Shown: positions 39,301 to 51,500 of the stretch, piece after piece
Layout: every line of letters starts with the position of its first letter
Position numbering within the stretch: position 1 is the stretch's first letter
Assembly: GCA_964016885.1 (NCBI GenBank)
Contig: OZ024742.1
Coordinates: 100,812,001 to 100,876,000, forward strand
From: Eledone cirrhosa
Lineage: Eukaryota
Reading direction: 5' to 3'
DNA length: 64,000 nucleotides
Program-made: the position numbers and the translations under genes
The notes under the pieces: generated by a model
Told to the model about the DNA's origin: nothing
Databases searched by the model: none
Seen by the model: the letters and a program-made list of their open reading frames with translations, nothing else

Positions 39301-42300
39301 AGAATGGTTGTGTGGTGTCTGTGATGTTGGTTGTAACAGCCAGGATGGTTGTGTGGTGTCTGCGATGTTGGTTATAACAGTCAGGATGGTTGTGTGGTAT
39401 CTGTGATGTTGGTTGTAACAGTCAGGATGGTTGTGTGGTATCTGTGATGTTGATTGTAACGGTCAGGATGGTTGTGTGCTATCTGTGATGTTGATTGTAA
39501 CAGCCAGGATGGTTGTGTGGTGTCTGTGATGTTGATTATAACAGCCAGGATAGTTGTGTGGTGTCTGTGATGTTGGTTATAACAGCCAGGATGGTTGTGT
39601 GGTATCTGTGATGTTGATTGTAACAGCCAGGATGGTTGTGTGGTATCTGTGATGTTGGTTATAACAGTCAGGATGGTTGTGTGATGTCTGTAATGTTGGT
39701 TGTAACAGTCAGGATGGTTGTGTGGTGTCTGTGATGTTGGTTATAACAGTCAGGATGGTTGTGTGGTATCTGTGATGTTGGTTATAACAGTCAGGATGGT
39801 TGTGTGGTATCTGTGATGTTGGTTGTAACAGTCAGGATGGTTGTGTGGTGTCTGTGATGTTGGTTGTAACAGTTAGGATGGTTATGTGGTGTCTGTGATG
39901 TTGATTATAACAGTCAGGATGGTTGTGTGGTGTCTGTGATGTTTATTATAACAGTCAGGATGGTTGTGTTGTGTCTGTGATGTTGATTATAACAGTCAGG
40001 ATGGTTGTGTGGTATCTGTGATGTTGGTTGTAACAGTCAGGATGGTTGTGTGGTATCTGTGATGTTGATTGTAACAGTCAGGATGGTTGTGTGCTATCTG
40101 TGATGTTGATTGTAACAGCCAGGATGGTTGTGTGGTGTCTGTGATGTTGATTATAACAGACAGGATAGTTGTGTGGTGTCTGTGATGTTGGTTATAACAG
40201 CCAGGATGGTTGTGTGGTATCTGTGATGTTGATTGTAACAGCCAGGATGGTTGTGTGGTATCTGTGATGTTGGTTATAACAGTCAGGATGGTTGTGTGAT
40301 GCCTGTAATGTTTGTTGTAACAGCCAGGATGGTTGTGTGGTATCTGTGATGTTGGTTATAACAGTCAGGATGGTTGTGTGGTGTCTGTGATGTTGGTTAT
40401 TACAGCGAGGATGGTTGTGTGGTATCTGTGATGTTGATTGTAACAGTCAGGATGGTTGTCTGCTATCTGTGATGTTGATTGTAACAGCCAGGATGGTTGT
40501 GTGGTGTCTGTGATGTTGATTATAACAGCCAGGATAGTTGTGTGGTGTCTGTGATGTTGGTTATAACAGCCAGGATGGTTGTGTGGTATCTGTGATGTTG
40601 ATTATAACAGCCAGGATGGTTGTGTGGTGTCTGTGATGTTGATTATAACAGCCAGGATGGTTGTGTGGTGTCTGTGATGTTGATTATACAGTCAGGATGG
40701 TTGTGTGGTATCTGTGATGTTGGTTATAACAGTCAGGATGGTTGTGTGGTATCTGTGATGTTGGTTGTAACAGTCAAGATGGTTGTGTGGTGTCTGTGAT
40801 GTTGGTTATAACAGTCAGAATGGATGTGTGGTGTCTGTGATGTTGGTTGTAACAGTCAGGATGGTTGTGTGGTGTCTGTGATGTTGATTATAACAGCCAG
40901 GATGGTTGTGTGGTGTCTGTGATGTTGGTTATAACAGTCAGGATGGTTGTGTGGTGTCTGTGATGTTGGTTATAACAGTCAGGATGGTTGTGTGGTATCT
41001 GTGATGTTGGTTGTAACAGTCAGGATGGTTGTGTGGTGTCTGTGATGTTGGTTGTAACAGTCAGAATAGTTGTGTTGTATTTGTGATGTTGGTTGTAACA
41101 GTCAGGATGGTTGTGTGGTATCTGTAATGTTGGTTGTAACAGTCAGGATGGTTGTGTGGTGTCTGTGATGTTGATTATAACAGTCAGGATAGTTGTGTGG
41201 TATCTGTGATGTTGGTTATAACAGCCAGGATGGTTGTGTGGTATCTGTGATGTTGGTTATAACAGTCAGGATGGTTGTGTGGTGTCTGTGATGTTGGTTA
41301 TTACAGCGAGGATGGTTGTGTGGTATCTGTGATGTTGGTTATAACAGTCAGGATGGTTGTGTGGTATCTGTGATGTTGGTTGTAACAGTCAGGATGGTTG
41401 TGTGGTGTCTGTGATGTTGGTTATAACAGCCAGGATGGTTGTGTGGTATCTGTGATGTTGGTTATAACAGTCAGGATGGTTGTGTGGTATCTGTGATGTT
41501 GGTTGTAACAGTCAGGATGGTTGTGTGGTATCTGTGATGTTGGTTGTAACAGTCAGGATGGTTGTGTGGTATTTGTGATGTTGGTTATAACCGTCAGGAT
41601 GGTTGTGTGGTGTCTGTGATGTTGGTTATAACAGTCAGGATAGTTGTGTGGTGTCTGTGATGTTGGTTGTAACAGTCAGGATGGTTGTGTGGTATTTGTG
41701 ATGTTGGTTATAACAGCCAGGATGGTTGTGCGGTGTCCGTGATGTTGGTTATAACAGCCAGGATGGTTGTGTGGTATCTGTGATGTTGATTGTAACAGCC
41801 AGGATGGTTGTGTGGTATCTGTGATGTTGGTTATAACAGTCAGGATGGTTGTGTGATGTCTGTAATGTTGGTTGTAACAGTCAGGATGGTTGTGTGGTGT
41901 CTGTGATGTTGGTTATAACAGTCAGGATGGTTGTGTGGTGTCTGTGATGTTTATTATAACAGTCAGGATGGTTGTGTTGTGTCTGTGATGTTGATTATAA
42001 CAGTCAGGATGGTTGTGTGGTGTCTGTGATGTTGATTGTAACAGCCAGGATGGTTGTGTGGTATCTGTGATGTTGATTGTAACAGCCAGGATGGTTGTTT
42101 GGTATCTGTGATGTTGATTGTAACAGCAGGATGGTTGTGTGGTGTCTCTGATATTGATTGTAACAGCCAGGATGGTTGTCTGGTGTCTGTGATGTTGGTT
42201 GTAACAGTCAGGATGGTTGTGTGGTGTCTGTGATGTTGGTTATAAGAGTCAGAATGGTTGTGTGGTGTCTGTGATGTTGGTTGTAACAGTCAGGATGGTT

Positions 42301-43007
42301 GTGTGGTGTCTGTGATGTTGGTTGTAACAGTCAGGATGGTTGTGTGGTATCTGTGATGTTGGTTATAACAGGATGGTTGTGTGCTGTCAGTGATGTTGGT
42401 TGTAACAGTCAGGATGGTTGTGTGATGTCTGTGATGTTGGTTATAACGATCAGGATGGTTGTGTGGTGTCTGTGATGTTGATTATAACAGTCAGGATGGT
42501 TGTGTGGTGTCTGTGATGTTGATTATAACAGTCAGGATGGTTGTGTGATGTCTGTAATGTTGGTTATAACAGTCAGGATGGTTGTGTGGTGTCTGTGATG
42601 TTGGTTGTAACAGTCAGGATGGTTGTGTGGTATCTGTGATGTTGGTTGTAACAGTCAGGATGGTTGTGTGGTGTCAGTGATGTTGATTATAACAGCCAGG
42701 ATGGTTGTGTGGTGTCTGTGATGTTGATTATAACAGCCAGGATGGTTGTGTGGTGTCTGTGATGTTGATTATAACAGTCGGGATGGTTGTGTGGTGTCTG
42801 ATGTTGGTGGTAACAGTCAGGATGGTTGTGTGGTATCTGTGATGTTGATTGTAACAGCCAGGATGGTTGTGTGGTGTCTGTGATGTTGGTTGTAACAGTC
42901 AGGATGGTTGTGTGGTGTCTGTGATGTTGATTGTAACAGCCAGGATGGTTGTGTGGTATCTGTGATGTTGATTGTAACAGCCAGGATGGTTGTTTGGTAT
43001 CTGTGAT
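9382..43007 (+). repeat. 41-bp satellite array, left part (~820 monomers)
   Basis: Consensus GTGATGTTGGTTATAACAGTCAGGATGGTTGTGTGGTGTCT; period 41 verified (e.g. 9841 to 9882). I saw no non-repeat interruption. Confidence 0.99.
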
Positions 43008-45503
43008 CATCATCATCATCATCACCGTTTTACGTCCGTTCTTCCACGCTAGCATGGGTTAGACGGGTTGTCCTGTTGTGGGCAGTGTCTGGTCGGCTGA
43101 CCATGCCTTGCTCATACAGGAACTGATCTGGCTTGATTTCTACAGCTGGATGCCCTTCCTAACACCAACCTCATTTACAGTGAGTGCTGGGTGCTTTTTC
43201 GTGGCGCCTACACGTCCACTTTACAGTGTGGGCTGGGTGCTTTTTTGCCGTGGCACCTCCACGACCACCTTGCGGTGGGGGGGGGGGCATATTGTTTATA
43301 TGCTTCAGCATGTACCCATGGGAGGTCGGGTACCCTGTATTACTGCGTGACGCCAGAAGTCACGGTCGTGTGTCATTGACTTTGAGAGGTGTAGTTGGGT
43401 AAGGTCGGCTTTTATCACCTCATCCCAAGTCATCTTGGGTCTCCCCACTCCGCGGTTTCCATCAACTTCTAGTGCTCTGCACCTTTTTATGCAGCTGTCA
43501 TCCTTCATACGCATCACATGTCCATACCAGCGTAACCGCCTCTCCTGCACGCAGCATTTGATTCCTCTTATGCTCAGTCTCTCTCTCAATTCATTTATGC
43601 TTTGTCGTTCACGTATATTACTGTTACACATCCATCGGAGCATGCAGGCTTCGTTTCTCTCTAATCTACGTAAGTCTTCCACCTTCAGCGCCCAGGTCTC
43701 ACTACCATGCAACATCGCTGTTCGGATACACGCATCATACAGTCTGCCTTTCATTCTGAGGGAGAAGCCTTTTGCAGCTAGCAGTGGTAGTAGTTCCCTA
43801 AACTTCTTCCATCCCGTTCTTACCCTAGTTATTGTACTTTCTGAGCACCCACCTCCGTTGCTAATTCGGTCACCTAGGTAGCAGAAGCTGTCTACTGTTT
43901 CTACAGGGCCCTCCCAGAGATTGGTAGTACTTGTTTCCTGTGGCTGTTTGCTTGCTGTTTCAGCACAGCTGCTGCATGTGAATCCTACATTCTTAATTAA
44001 GCTTCCTGAGATCCCGCTACATCTCTTGTGTACCCATTGTTTGCATTTGGGGCAAAGAATGGAGTTCCTACCTACACCTTTCCTACATACTGAGCAAGGC
44101 CATTTCCCTGAGGGGATCTGGGTTCTGTTTTCTCGTCTACTTATAAGGACCTTAGTCTTTGTCATGTTGACTTTGAGGCCCTTTCTCTCTAGTCCCTGCT
44201 TCCAGGTTTGGAATTTATTCTCTAGTTCTACCATAGATTCAGCTATGAGTGCGAGGTCATCAGCATACAGGAGTTCCCATGGGCATCCGGTCTTAAACTC
44301 CTCCGTTATTGCCTGCAGGACTATGATGAACAGGAGAGGGCTAAGAACAGAGCCCTGGTGGACCCCAACCTGTACGCTAAATTCCTCGCTATACTCATTG
44401 CCAATCCTAACTTTGCTGACTGCTCCCCTATACATGGCTTGTACCGCTTTCACAAGCCATTCATCTACTCCTAGTTTTCTAAGAGCCCACCAGATTACTG
44501 CACGTGGAACTCTGTCAAAGGCTTTCTCAAGGTCGACAAATGCCAAGTAGAGTGGCTTACATTTAGCTAGGTACTTTTCCTGTAATTGCCTCACAAGGAA
44601 GAGCGCATCAGTGGTGCCTTTCCCTGGTACAAACCCAAATTGCATCTCGTCTATATTCACCCGGTCCCTAATCAGCTGTGCTATAACTCTTTCTGTTACT
44701 TTCATGACCTGGTCCATCAACTTTATACCTCTATAGTTTCCTCTATCTAGTGCATCCCCTTTACCTTTGTAGCAGTTGACAATGATGCTACTGCACCAAT
44801 CTTTTGGTATGGCCCCCTCTAGTATTACCTGGTTAACGATACGTGTGGTTATAGTGTGACCTACAGACCCAGATGCCTTCAGCATCTCGGCAGCTATACC
44901 CGATGGACCGGTTGCCTTCCCTATCTTCATATCTCTGATTGCCTTACTTACTACGCTGCCGCTGACTTGTACTGCTGGTCCCTCTATAGGGTCTACGTGG
45001 GGTAGGGTCTCTTCTTCCCATGCATTCTCCTCATTTAGTAATCTATCATAATGACTCTTCCATGCATCTTTCTTCTCAGCACTTGTGAGGGCAAGCTCAC
45101 CCTTATCATTCCGGATACACTTCTCTCCAATGACATCACAACTATCTCTGACACACTGCCTCGCAATCTTGAATACCTCCTGTTTCTGGTCCTCACGTTG
45201 TAAAACATGCTTGAATTTTCTATCCTCTGCTTCCCTCCTAGCTAAGTATACTTGTCGCCTAGCTTCCCTCTTGGTCTCTATGTAATGTACCCTGCTCCCC
45301 CCGTTCTTCCATTCTTTCCATGCCTGTCTCTTGGCCTTGACTGCTTCATCTACCTTATTGTTCCACCACCAAGTCACTCTCCTCCTGCTTGAGGTCTTAC
45401 TCCAGCCACAAACCTCATCCGTCGCCTCTAGTAAGTTATTTTTTAGGAACTCCCAGTTCTCTTCTACGTTAAATGTCTCTATCTGTTCTTCTTTACTGTC
45501 GTA
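43008..45503 (-). mobile_element. Young 5'-truncated RTE-clade non-LTR retrotransposon inserted in the satellite
   Basis: (TGA)n 3' tail at 43008-43024, a ~280-bp 3'UTR, an uninterrupted RT ORF, and a 7-bp TSD CTGTGAT at 43001-43007 and 45504-45510. Confidence 0.95.
43305..45503 (-). CDS. Reverse transcriptase ORF of the RTE LINE (5'-truncated, endonuclease missing), with PHD-like finger
   Basis: RT motifs KATGPSGI, NYRGIKL, QFGFVPG, FVDLEKAFD, GVHQGSVLSP, LLYADD, FCYLG, and the RTE-type C-terminus RLRWYGHVMR...GRPKMTW. The frame stays open upstream of the track's start (YDSKEEQIETFNVEENWEFLK...) up to the junction at 45503, so there is no true start codon. Confidence 0.93.
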   Translation of the reverse strand, partial: YDSKEEQIETFNVEENWEFLKNNLLEATDEVCGWSKTSSRRRVTWWWNNKVDEAVKAKRQAWKEWKNGGSRVHYIETKREARRQVYLARREAEDRKFKHVLQREDQKQEVFKIARQCVRDSCDVIGEKCIRNDKGELALTSAEKKDAWKSHYDRLLNEENAWEEETLPHVDPIEGPAVQVSGSVVSKAIRDMKIGKATGPSGIAAEMLKASGSVGHTITTRIVNQVILEGAIPKDWCSSIIVNCYKGKGDALDRGNYRGIKLMDQVMKVTERVIAQLIRDRVNIDEMQFGFVPGKGTTDALFLVRQLQEKYLAKCKPLYLAFVDLEKAFDRVPRAVIWWALRKLGVDEWLVKAVQAMYRGAVSKVRIGNEYSEEFSVQVGVHQGSVLSPLLFIIVLQAITEEFKTGCPWELLYADDLALIAESMVELENKFQTWKQGLERKGLKVNMTKTKVLISRRENRTQIPSGKWPCSVCRKGVGRNSILCPKCKQWVHKRCSGISGSLIKNVGFTCSSCAETASKQPQETSTTNLWEGPVETVDSFCYLGDRISNGGGCSESTITRVRTGWKKFRELLPLLAAKGFSLRMKGRLYDACIRTAMLHGSETWALKVEDLRRLERNEACMLRWMCNSNIRERQSINELRERLSIRGIKCCVQERRLRWYGHVMRMKDDSCIKRCRALEVDGNRGVGRPKMTWDEVIKADLTQLHLSKSMTHDRDFWRHAVIQGTRPPMGTC

Positions 45504-48500
45504 CTGTGATGTTGATTGTAACAGCAGGATGGTTGTGTGGTGTCGGTGATATTGATAGTAACAGCCAGGATGGTTGTCTGGTGTCTGTGGTGTTGGTTGT
45601 AACAGTCAGGATGGTTGTGTGGTATCTGTGATGTTGGTTGTAACAGTCAGGATGGTTGTGTGGTGTCTGTGATGTTGATTATAACAGTCGGGATGGTTGT
45701 GTGGTATCTGTGATGTTGGTTATAACAGCCAGGATGGTTGTGTGGTATCTATGATGTTGGTTATAACAGTCAGAATGGTTGTGTGGTGTCTGAGATGTTG
45801 GTGGTAACAGTCAGGATGGTTGTGTGGTGTCTGTGATGTTGGTTATAACAGTCAGAATGGTTGTGTGGTGTCTGTGATGTTGGTTGTAACAGTCAGGATG
45901 GTTGTGTGGTGTCTGTGATGTTGGTTATAACAGTCAGGATGGTTGTGTGGTATCTGTAATGTTGGTTATAACAGTCAGGATGGTTGTGTGGTATCTGTGA
46001 TGTTGGTTGTGTGGTGTCTGTGATGTTGGTTATAACAATCAGAATGGTTGTGTGGTGTCTGTGATGTTGGTTGTAACAGTCAGGATGGTTGTGTGGTGTC
46101 TGTGATGTTGGTTATTACAGTCAGGATGGTTGTGTGGTATCTGTAATGTTGGTTATAACAGTAAGGATGGTTGTGTGGTATCTGTGATGTTGGTTATAAC
46201 AGTCAGAATGGTTGTGTGGTATCTGTGATGTTGGTTGTAACAGTCAAGATGGTTGTATGGTGTCTGTGATGTTGGTTATAACAGTCAGAATGGTTGTGTG
46301 GTGTCTGTGATGTTGGTTGTAACAGTCAGGATGGTTGTGTGGTGTCTGTGATGTTGGTTGTAACAGTCAGGATGGTTGTGTGGTATCTGTGATGTTGGTT
46401 ATAACAGTCAGGATGGTTGTGTGGTGTCAGTGATGTTGGTTGTAACGGTCAGGATGGTTGTGTGATGTCTGTGATGTTGCTTATAACAATCAGGATGGTT
46501 GTGTGGTGTCTGTGATGTTGATTATAACAGTCAGGATGGTTGTGTGATGTCTGTGATGTTGGTTATAACAGTCAGGATGGTTGTGTGGTGTCTGTGATGT
46601 TGATTATAACAGTCAGGATGGTTGTGTGGTGTCTGTGATGTTGATTATAACAGTCAGGATGGTTGTGTGATGTCTGTGATGTTGGTTATAACAGTCAGGA
46701 TGGTTGTGTGGTGTCTGTGATGTTGGTTGTAACAGTCAGGATGGTTGTGTGGTGTCTGTAATGTTGATTATAACAGCCAGGATGGTTGTGTGGTGTCTGT
46801 GATGTTGATTATAACAGCCAGGATGGTTGTGTGGTGTCTGTGATGTTGATTATACAGTCGGGATGGTTGTCTGGTGTCTGTGATGTTGGTGGTAACAGTC
46901 AGGATGGTTGTGTGGTATCTGTGATGTTGGTTGTGTGGTGTCTGTGATGTTGGTTATAACAGTCAGAATGGTTGTGTGGTGTCTGTGATGTTGGTTGTAA
47001 CAGTCAGGATGGTTGTGTGGTGTCTGCGATGTTGGTTATAACAGTCAGGATGGTTGTGTGGTATCTGTGATGTTGGTTGTAACAGTCAGGATGGTTGTGT
47101 GGTATCTGTGATGTTGATTGTAACAGTCAGGATGGTTGTGTGCTATCTGTGATGTTGATTGTAACAGCCAGGATGGTTGTGTGGTGTCTGTGATGTTGAT
47201 TATAACAGCCAGGATAGTTGTGTGGTGTCTGTGATGTTGGTTATAACAGCCAGGATGGTTGTGTGGTATCTGTGATGTTGATTGTAACAGCCAGGATGGT
47301 TGTGTGGTATCTGTGATGTTGGTTATAACAGTCAGGATGGTTGTGTGATGTCTGTAATGTTGGTTGTAACAGTCAGGATGGTTGTGTGGTGTCTGTGATG
47401 TTGGTTATAACAGTCAGGATGGTTGTGTGGTATCTGTGATGTTGGTTATAACAGTCAGGATGGTTGTGTGGTATCTGTGATGTTGGTTGTAACAGTCAGG
47501 ATGGTTGTGTGGTGTCTGTGATGTTGGTTGTAACAGTCAGGATGGTTATGTGGTGTCTGTGATGTTGATTATAACAGTCAGGATGGTTGTGTGGTGTCTG
47601 TGATGTTTATTATAACAGTCAGGATGGTTGTGTTGTGTCTGTGATGTTGATTATAACAGTCAGGATGGTTGTGTGGTGTCTGTGATGTTGATTGTAACAG
47701 CCAGGATGGTTGTGTGGTATCTGTGATGTTGATTGTAACAGCCAGGATGGTTGTTTGGTATCTGTGATGTTGATTGTAACAGCAGGATGGTTGTGTGGTG
47801 TCTGTGATATTGATTGTAACAGCCAGGATGGTTGTGTGGTGTCTGTGATGTTGGTTATAACAGTCAGGATGGTTGTGTGGTATCTGTAATGTTGGTTATA
47901 ACAGTCAGGATGGTTGTGTGGTATCTGTGATGTTGGTTGTGTGGTGTCTGTGATGTTGGTTATAATAATCAGAATGGTTGTGTGGTGTCTGTGATGTTGG
48001 TTGTAACAGTCAGGATGGTTGTGTGGTGTCTGTGATGTTGGTTATTACAGTCAGGATGGTTGTGTGGTATCTGTAATGTTGGTTATAACAGTAAGGATGG
48101 TTGTGTGGTATCTGTGATGTTGGTTATAACAGTCAGAATGGTTGTGTGGTATCTGTGATGTTGGTTGTAACAGTCAAGATGGTTGTGTGGTGTCTGTGAT
48201 GTTGGTTATAACAGTCAGAATGGTTGTGTGGTGTCTGTGATGTTGGTTGTAACAGTCAGGATGGTTGTGTGGTGTCTGTGATGTTGGTTGTAACAGTCAG
48301 GATGGTTGTGTGGTATCTGTGATGTTGGTTATAACAGTCAGGATGGTTGTGTGGTGTCAGTGATGTTGATTATAACAGTCAGGATGGTTGTGTGATGTCT
48401 GTGATGTTGGTTATAACAGTCAGGATGGTTGTGTGGTGTCAGTGATGTTGGTTATAACAGTCAGGATGGTTGTGTGGTGTCTGTGATGTTGATTATAACA

Positions 48501-51500
48501 GTCAGGATGGTTGTGTGGTGTCTGTGATGTTGATTATAACAGTCAGGATGGTTGTGTGATGTCTGTGATGTTGGTTATAACAGTCAGGATGGTTGTGTGG
48601 TGTCTGTGATGTTGGTTGTAACAGTCAGGATGGTTGTGTGGTGTCTGTAATGTTGATTATAACAGCCAGGATGGTTGTGTGGTGTCTGTGATGTTGATTA
48701 TAATAGCCAGGATGGTTGTGTGGTGTCTGTGATGTTGATTATAACAGTCAGGATGGTTGTGTGATGTCTGTGATGTTGGTTATAACAGTCAGGATGGTTG
48801 TGTGGTGTCTGTGATGTTGGTTGTAACAGTCAGGATGGTTGTGTGGTGTCTGTAATGTTGATTATAACAGCCAGGATGGTTGTGTGGTGTCTGTGATGTT
48901 GATTATAACAGCTAGGATGGTTGTGTGGTGTCTGTGATGTTGATTATACAGTCGGGATGGTTGTCTGGTGTCTGTGATGTTGGTGGTAACAGTCAGGATG
49001 GTTGTGTGGTATCTGTGATGTTGGTTATAACAGTCAGGATGGTGGTGTGGTATCTGTGATGTTGGTTGTAACAGTCAAGATGGTTGTGTGGTGTCTGTGA
49101 TGTTGGTTATAACAGTCAGAATGGTTGTGTGGTGTCTGTGATGTTGGTTGTAACAGTCAGGATGGTTGTGTGGTGTATGTGATGTTGATTATAACAGCCA
49201 GGATGGTTGTGTGGTGTCTGTGATGTTGATTGTAACAGCCAGGATGGTTGTGTGGTGTCTGCGATGTTGGTTATAACAGTCAGGATGGTTGTGTGGTATC
49301 TGTGATGTTGGTTGTAACAGTCAGGATGGTTGTGTGGTATCTGTGATGTTGATTGTAACAGTCAGGATGGTTGTGTGCTATCTGTGATGTTGATTGTAAC
49401 AGCCAGGATGGTTGTGTGGTGTCTGTGATGTTGGTTATAACAGCCAGGATGGTTGTGTGGTATCTGTGATGTTGATTGTAACAGCCAGGATGGTTGTGTG
49501 GTATCTGTGATGTTGGTTATAACAGTCAGGATGGTTGTGTGATGTCTGTGATGTTGGTTGTAACAGTCAGGATGGTTGTGTGGTGTCCGTGATGTTGGTT
49601 ATAACAGTCAGGATGGTTGTGTGGTATCTGTGATGTTGGTTATAACAGTCAGGATGGTTGTGTGGTATCTGTGATGTTGGTTGTAACAGTCAGGATGGTT
49701 GTGTGGTGTCTGTGATGTTGGTTGTAACAGTCAGGATGGTTATGTGGTGTCTGTGATGTTGATTATAACAGTCAGGATGGTTGTGTGGTGTCTGTGATGT
49801 TTATTATAACAGTCAGAATGGTTGTGTTGTGTCTGTGATGTTGATTATAACAGTCAGGATGGTTGTGTGGTATCTGTGATGTTTGTTGTAACAGTCAGGA
49901 TGGTTGTGTGGTATCTGTGATGTTGATTGTAACAGTCAGGATGGTTGTGTGCTATCTGTGATGTTGATTGTAACAGCCAGGATGGTTGTGTGGTGTCTGT
50001 GATGTTGATTATAACAGACAGGATAGTTGTGTGGTGTCTGTGATGTTGGTTATAACAGCCAGGATGGTTGTGTGGTATCTGTGATGTTGATTGTAACAGC
50101 CAGGATGGTTGTGTGGTATCTGTGATGTTGGTTATAACAGTCAGGATGGTTGTGTGATGCCTGTAATGTTGGTTGTAACAGCCAGGATGGTTGTGTGGTA
50201 TCTGTGATGTTGGTTATAACAGTCAGGATGGTTGTGTGGTGTCTGTGATGTTGGTTATTACAGCGAGGATGGTTGTGTGGTATCTGTGATGTTGATTGTA
50301 ACAGTCAGGATGGTTGTGTGCTATCTGTGATGTTGATTGTAACAGCCAGGATGGTTGTGTGGTGTCTGTGATGTTGATTATAACAGCCAGGATAGTTGTG
50401 TGGTATCTGTGATGTTGATTATAACAGCCAGGATGGTTGTGTGGTGTCTGTGATGTTGATTATAACAGCCAGGATGGTTGTGTGGTGTCTGTGATGTTGA
50501 TTATACAGTCAGGATGGTTGTGTGGTATCTGTGATGTTGGTTATAACAGTCAGGATGGTTGTGTGGTATCTGTGATGTTGGTTGTAACAGTCAAGATGGT
50601 TGTGTGGTGTCTGTGATGTTGGTTATAACAGTCAGAATGGATGTGTGGTGTCTGTGATGTTGGTTGTAACAGTCAGGATGGTTGTGTGGTGTCTGTGATG
50701 TTGATTATAACAGCCAGGATGGTTGTGTGGTGTCTGTGATGTTGGTTATAACAGTCAGGATGGTTGTGTGGTATCTGTGATGTTGGTTGTAACAGTCAGG
50801 ATGGTTGTGTGGTGTCTGTGATGTTGGTTGTAACAGTCAGAATAGTTGTGTTGTATTTGTGATGTTGGTTGTAACAGTCAGGATGGTTGTGTGGTATCTG
50901 TAATGTTGGTTGTAACAGTCAGGATGGTTGTGTGGTGTCTGTGATGTTGATTATAACAGTCAGGATAGTTGTGTGGTATCTGTGATGTTGGTTATAACAG
51001 CCAGGATGGTTGTGTGGTATCTGTGATGTTGGTTATAACAGTCAGGATGGTTGTGTGGTGTCTGTGATGTTGGTTATTACAGCGAGGATGGTTGTGTGGT
51101 ATCTGTGATGTTGGTTATAACAGTCAGGATGGTTGTGTGGTATCTGTGATGTTGGTTGTAGCAGTCAGGATGGTTGTGTGGTGTCTGTGATGTTGGTTAT
51201 AACAGCCAGGATGGTTGTGTGGTATCTGTGATGTTGGTTATAACAGTCAGGATGGTTGTGTGGTATCTGTGATGTTGGTTGTAACAGTCAGGATGGTTGT
51301 GTGGTATCTGTGATGTTGGTTGTAACAGTCAGGATGGTTGTGTGGTATTTGTGATGTTGGTTATAACAGTCAGGATGGTTGTGTGGTGTCTGTGATGTTG
51401 GTTATAACAGTCAGGATAGTTGTGTGGTGTCTGTGATGTTGGTTGTAACAGTCAGGATGGTTGTGTGGTATTTGTGATGTTGGTTATAACAGCCAGGATG

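Noticed and set aside
42687-43055. 122-aa minus-strand ORF from the LINE tail into the satellite
   Set aside because: A chance run of monomer variants lacking in-frame stops, with methionines from the (ATG)n tail. No coding signal.
43435-45549. Plus-strand ORFs of 66-209 aa overlapping the LINE
   Set aside because: Antisense shadows of the RT ORF with no recognisable motifs.
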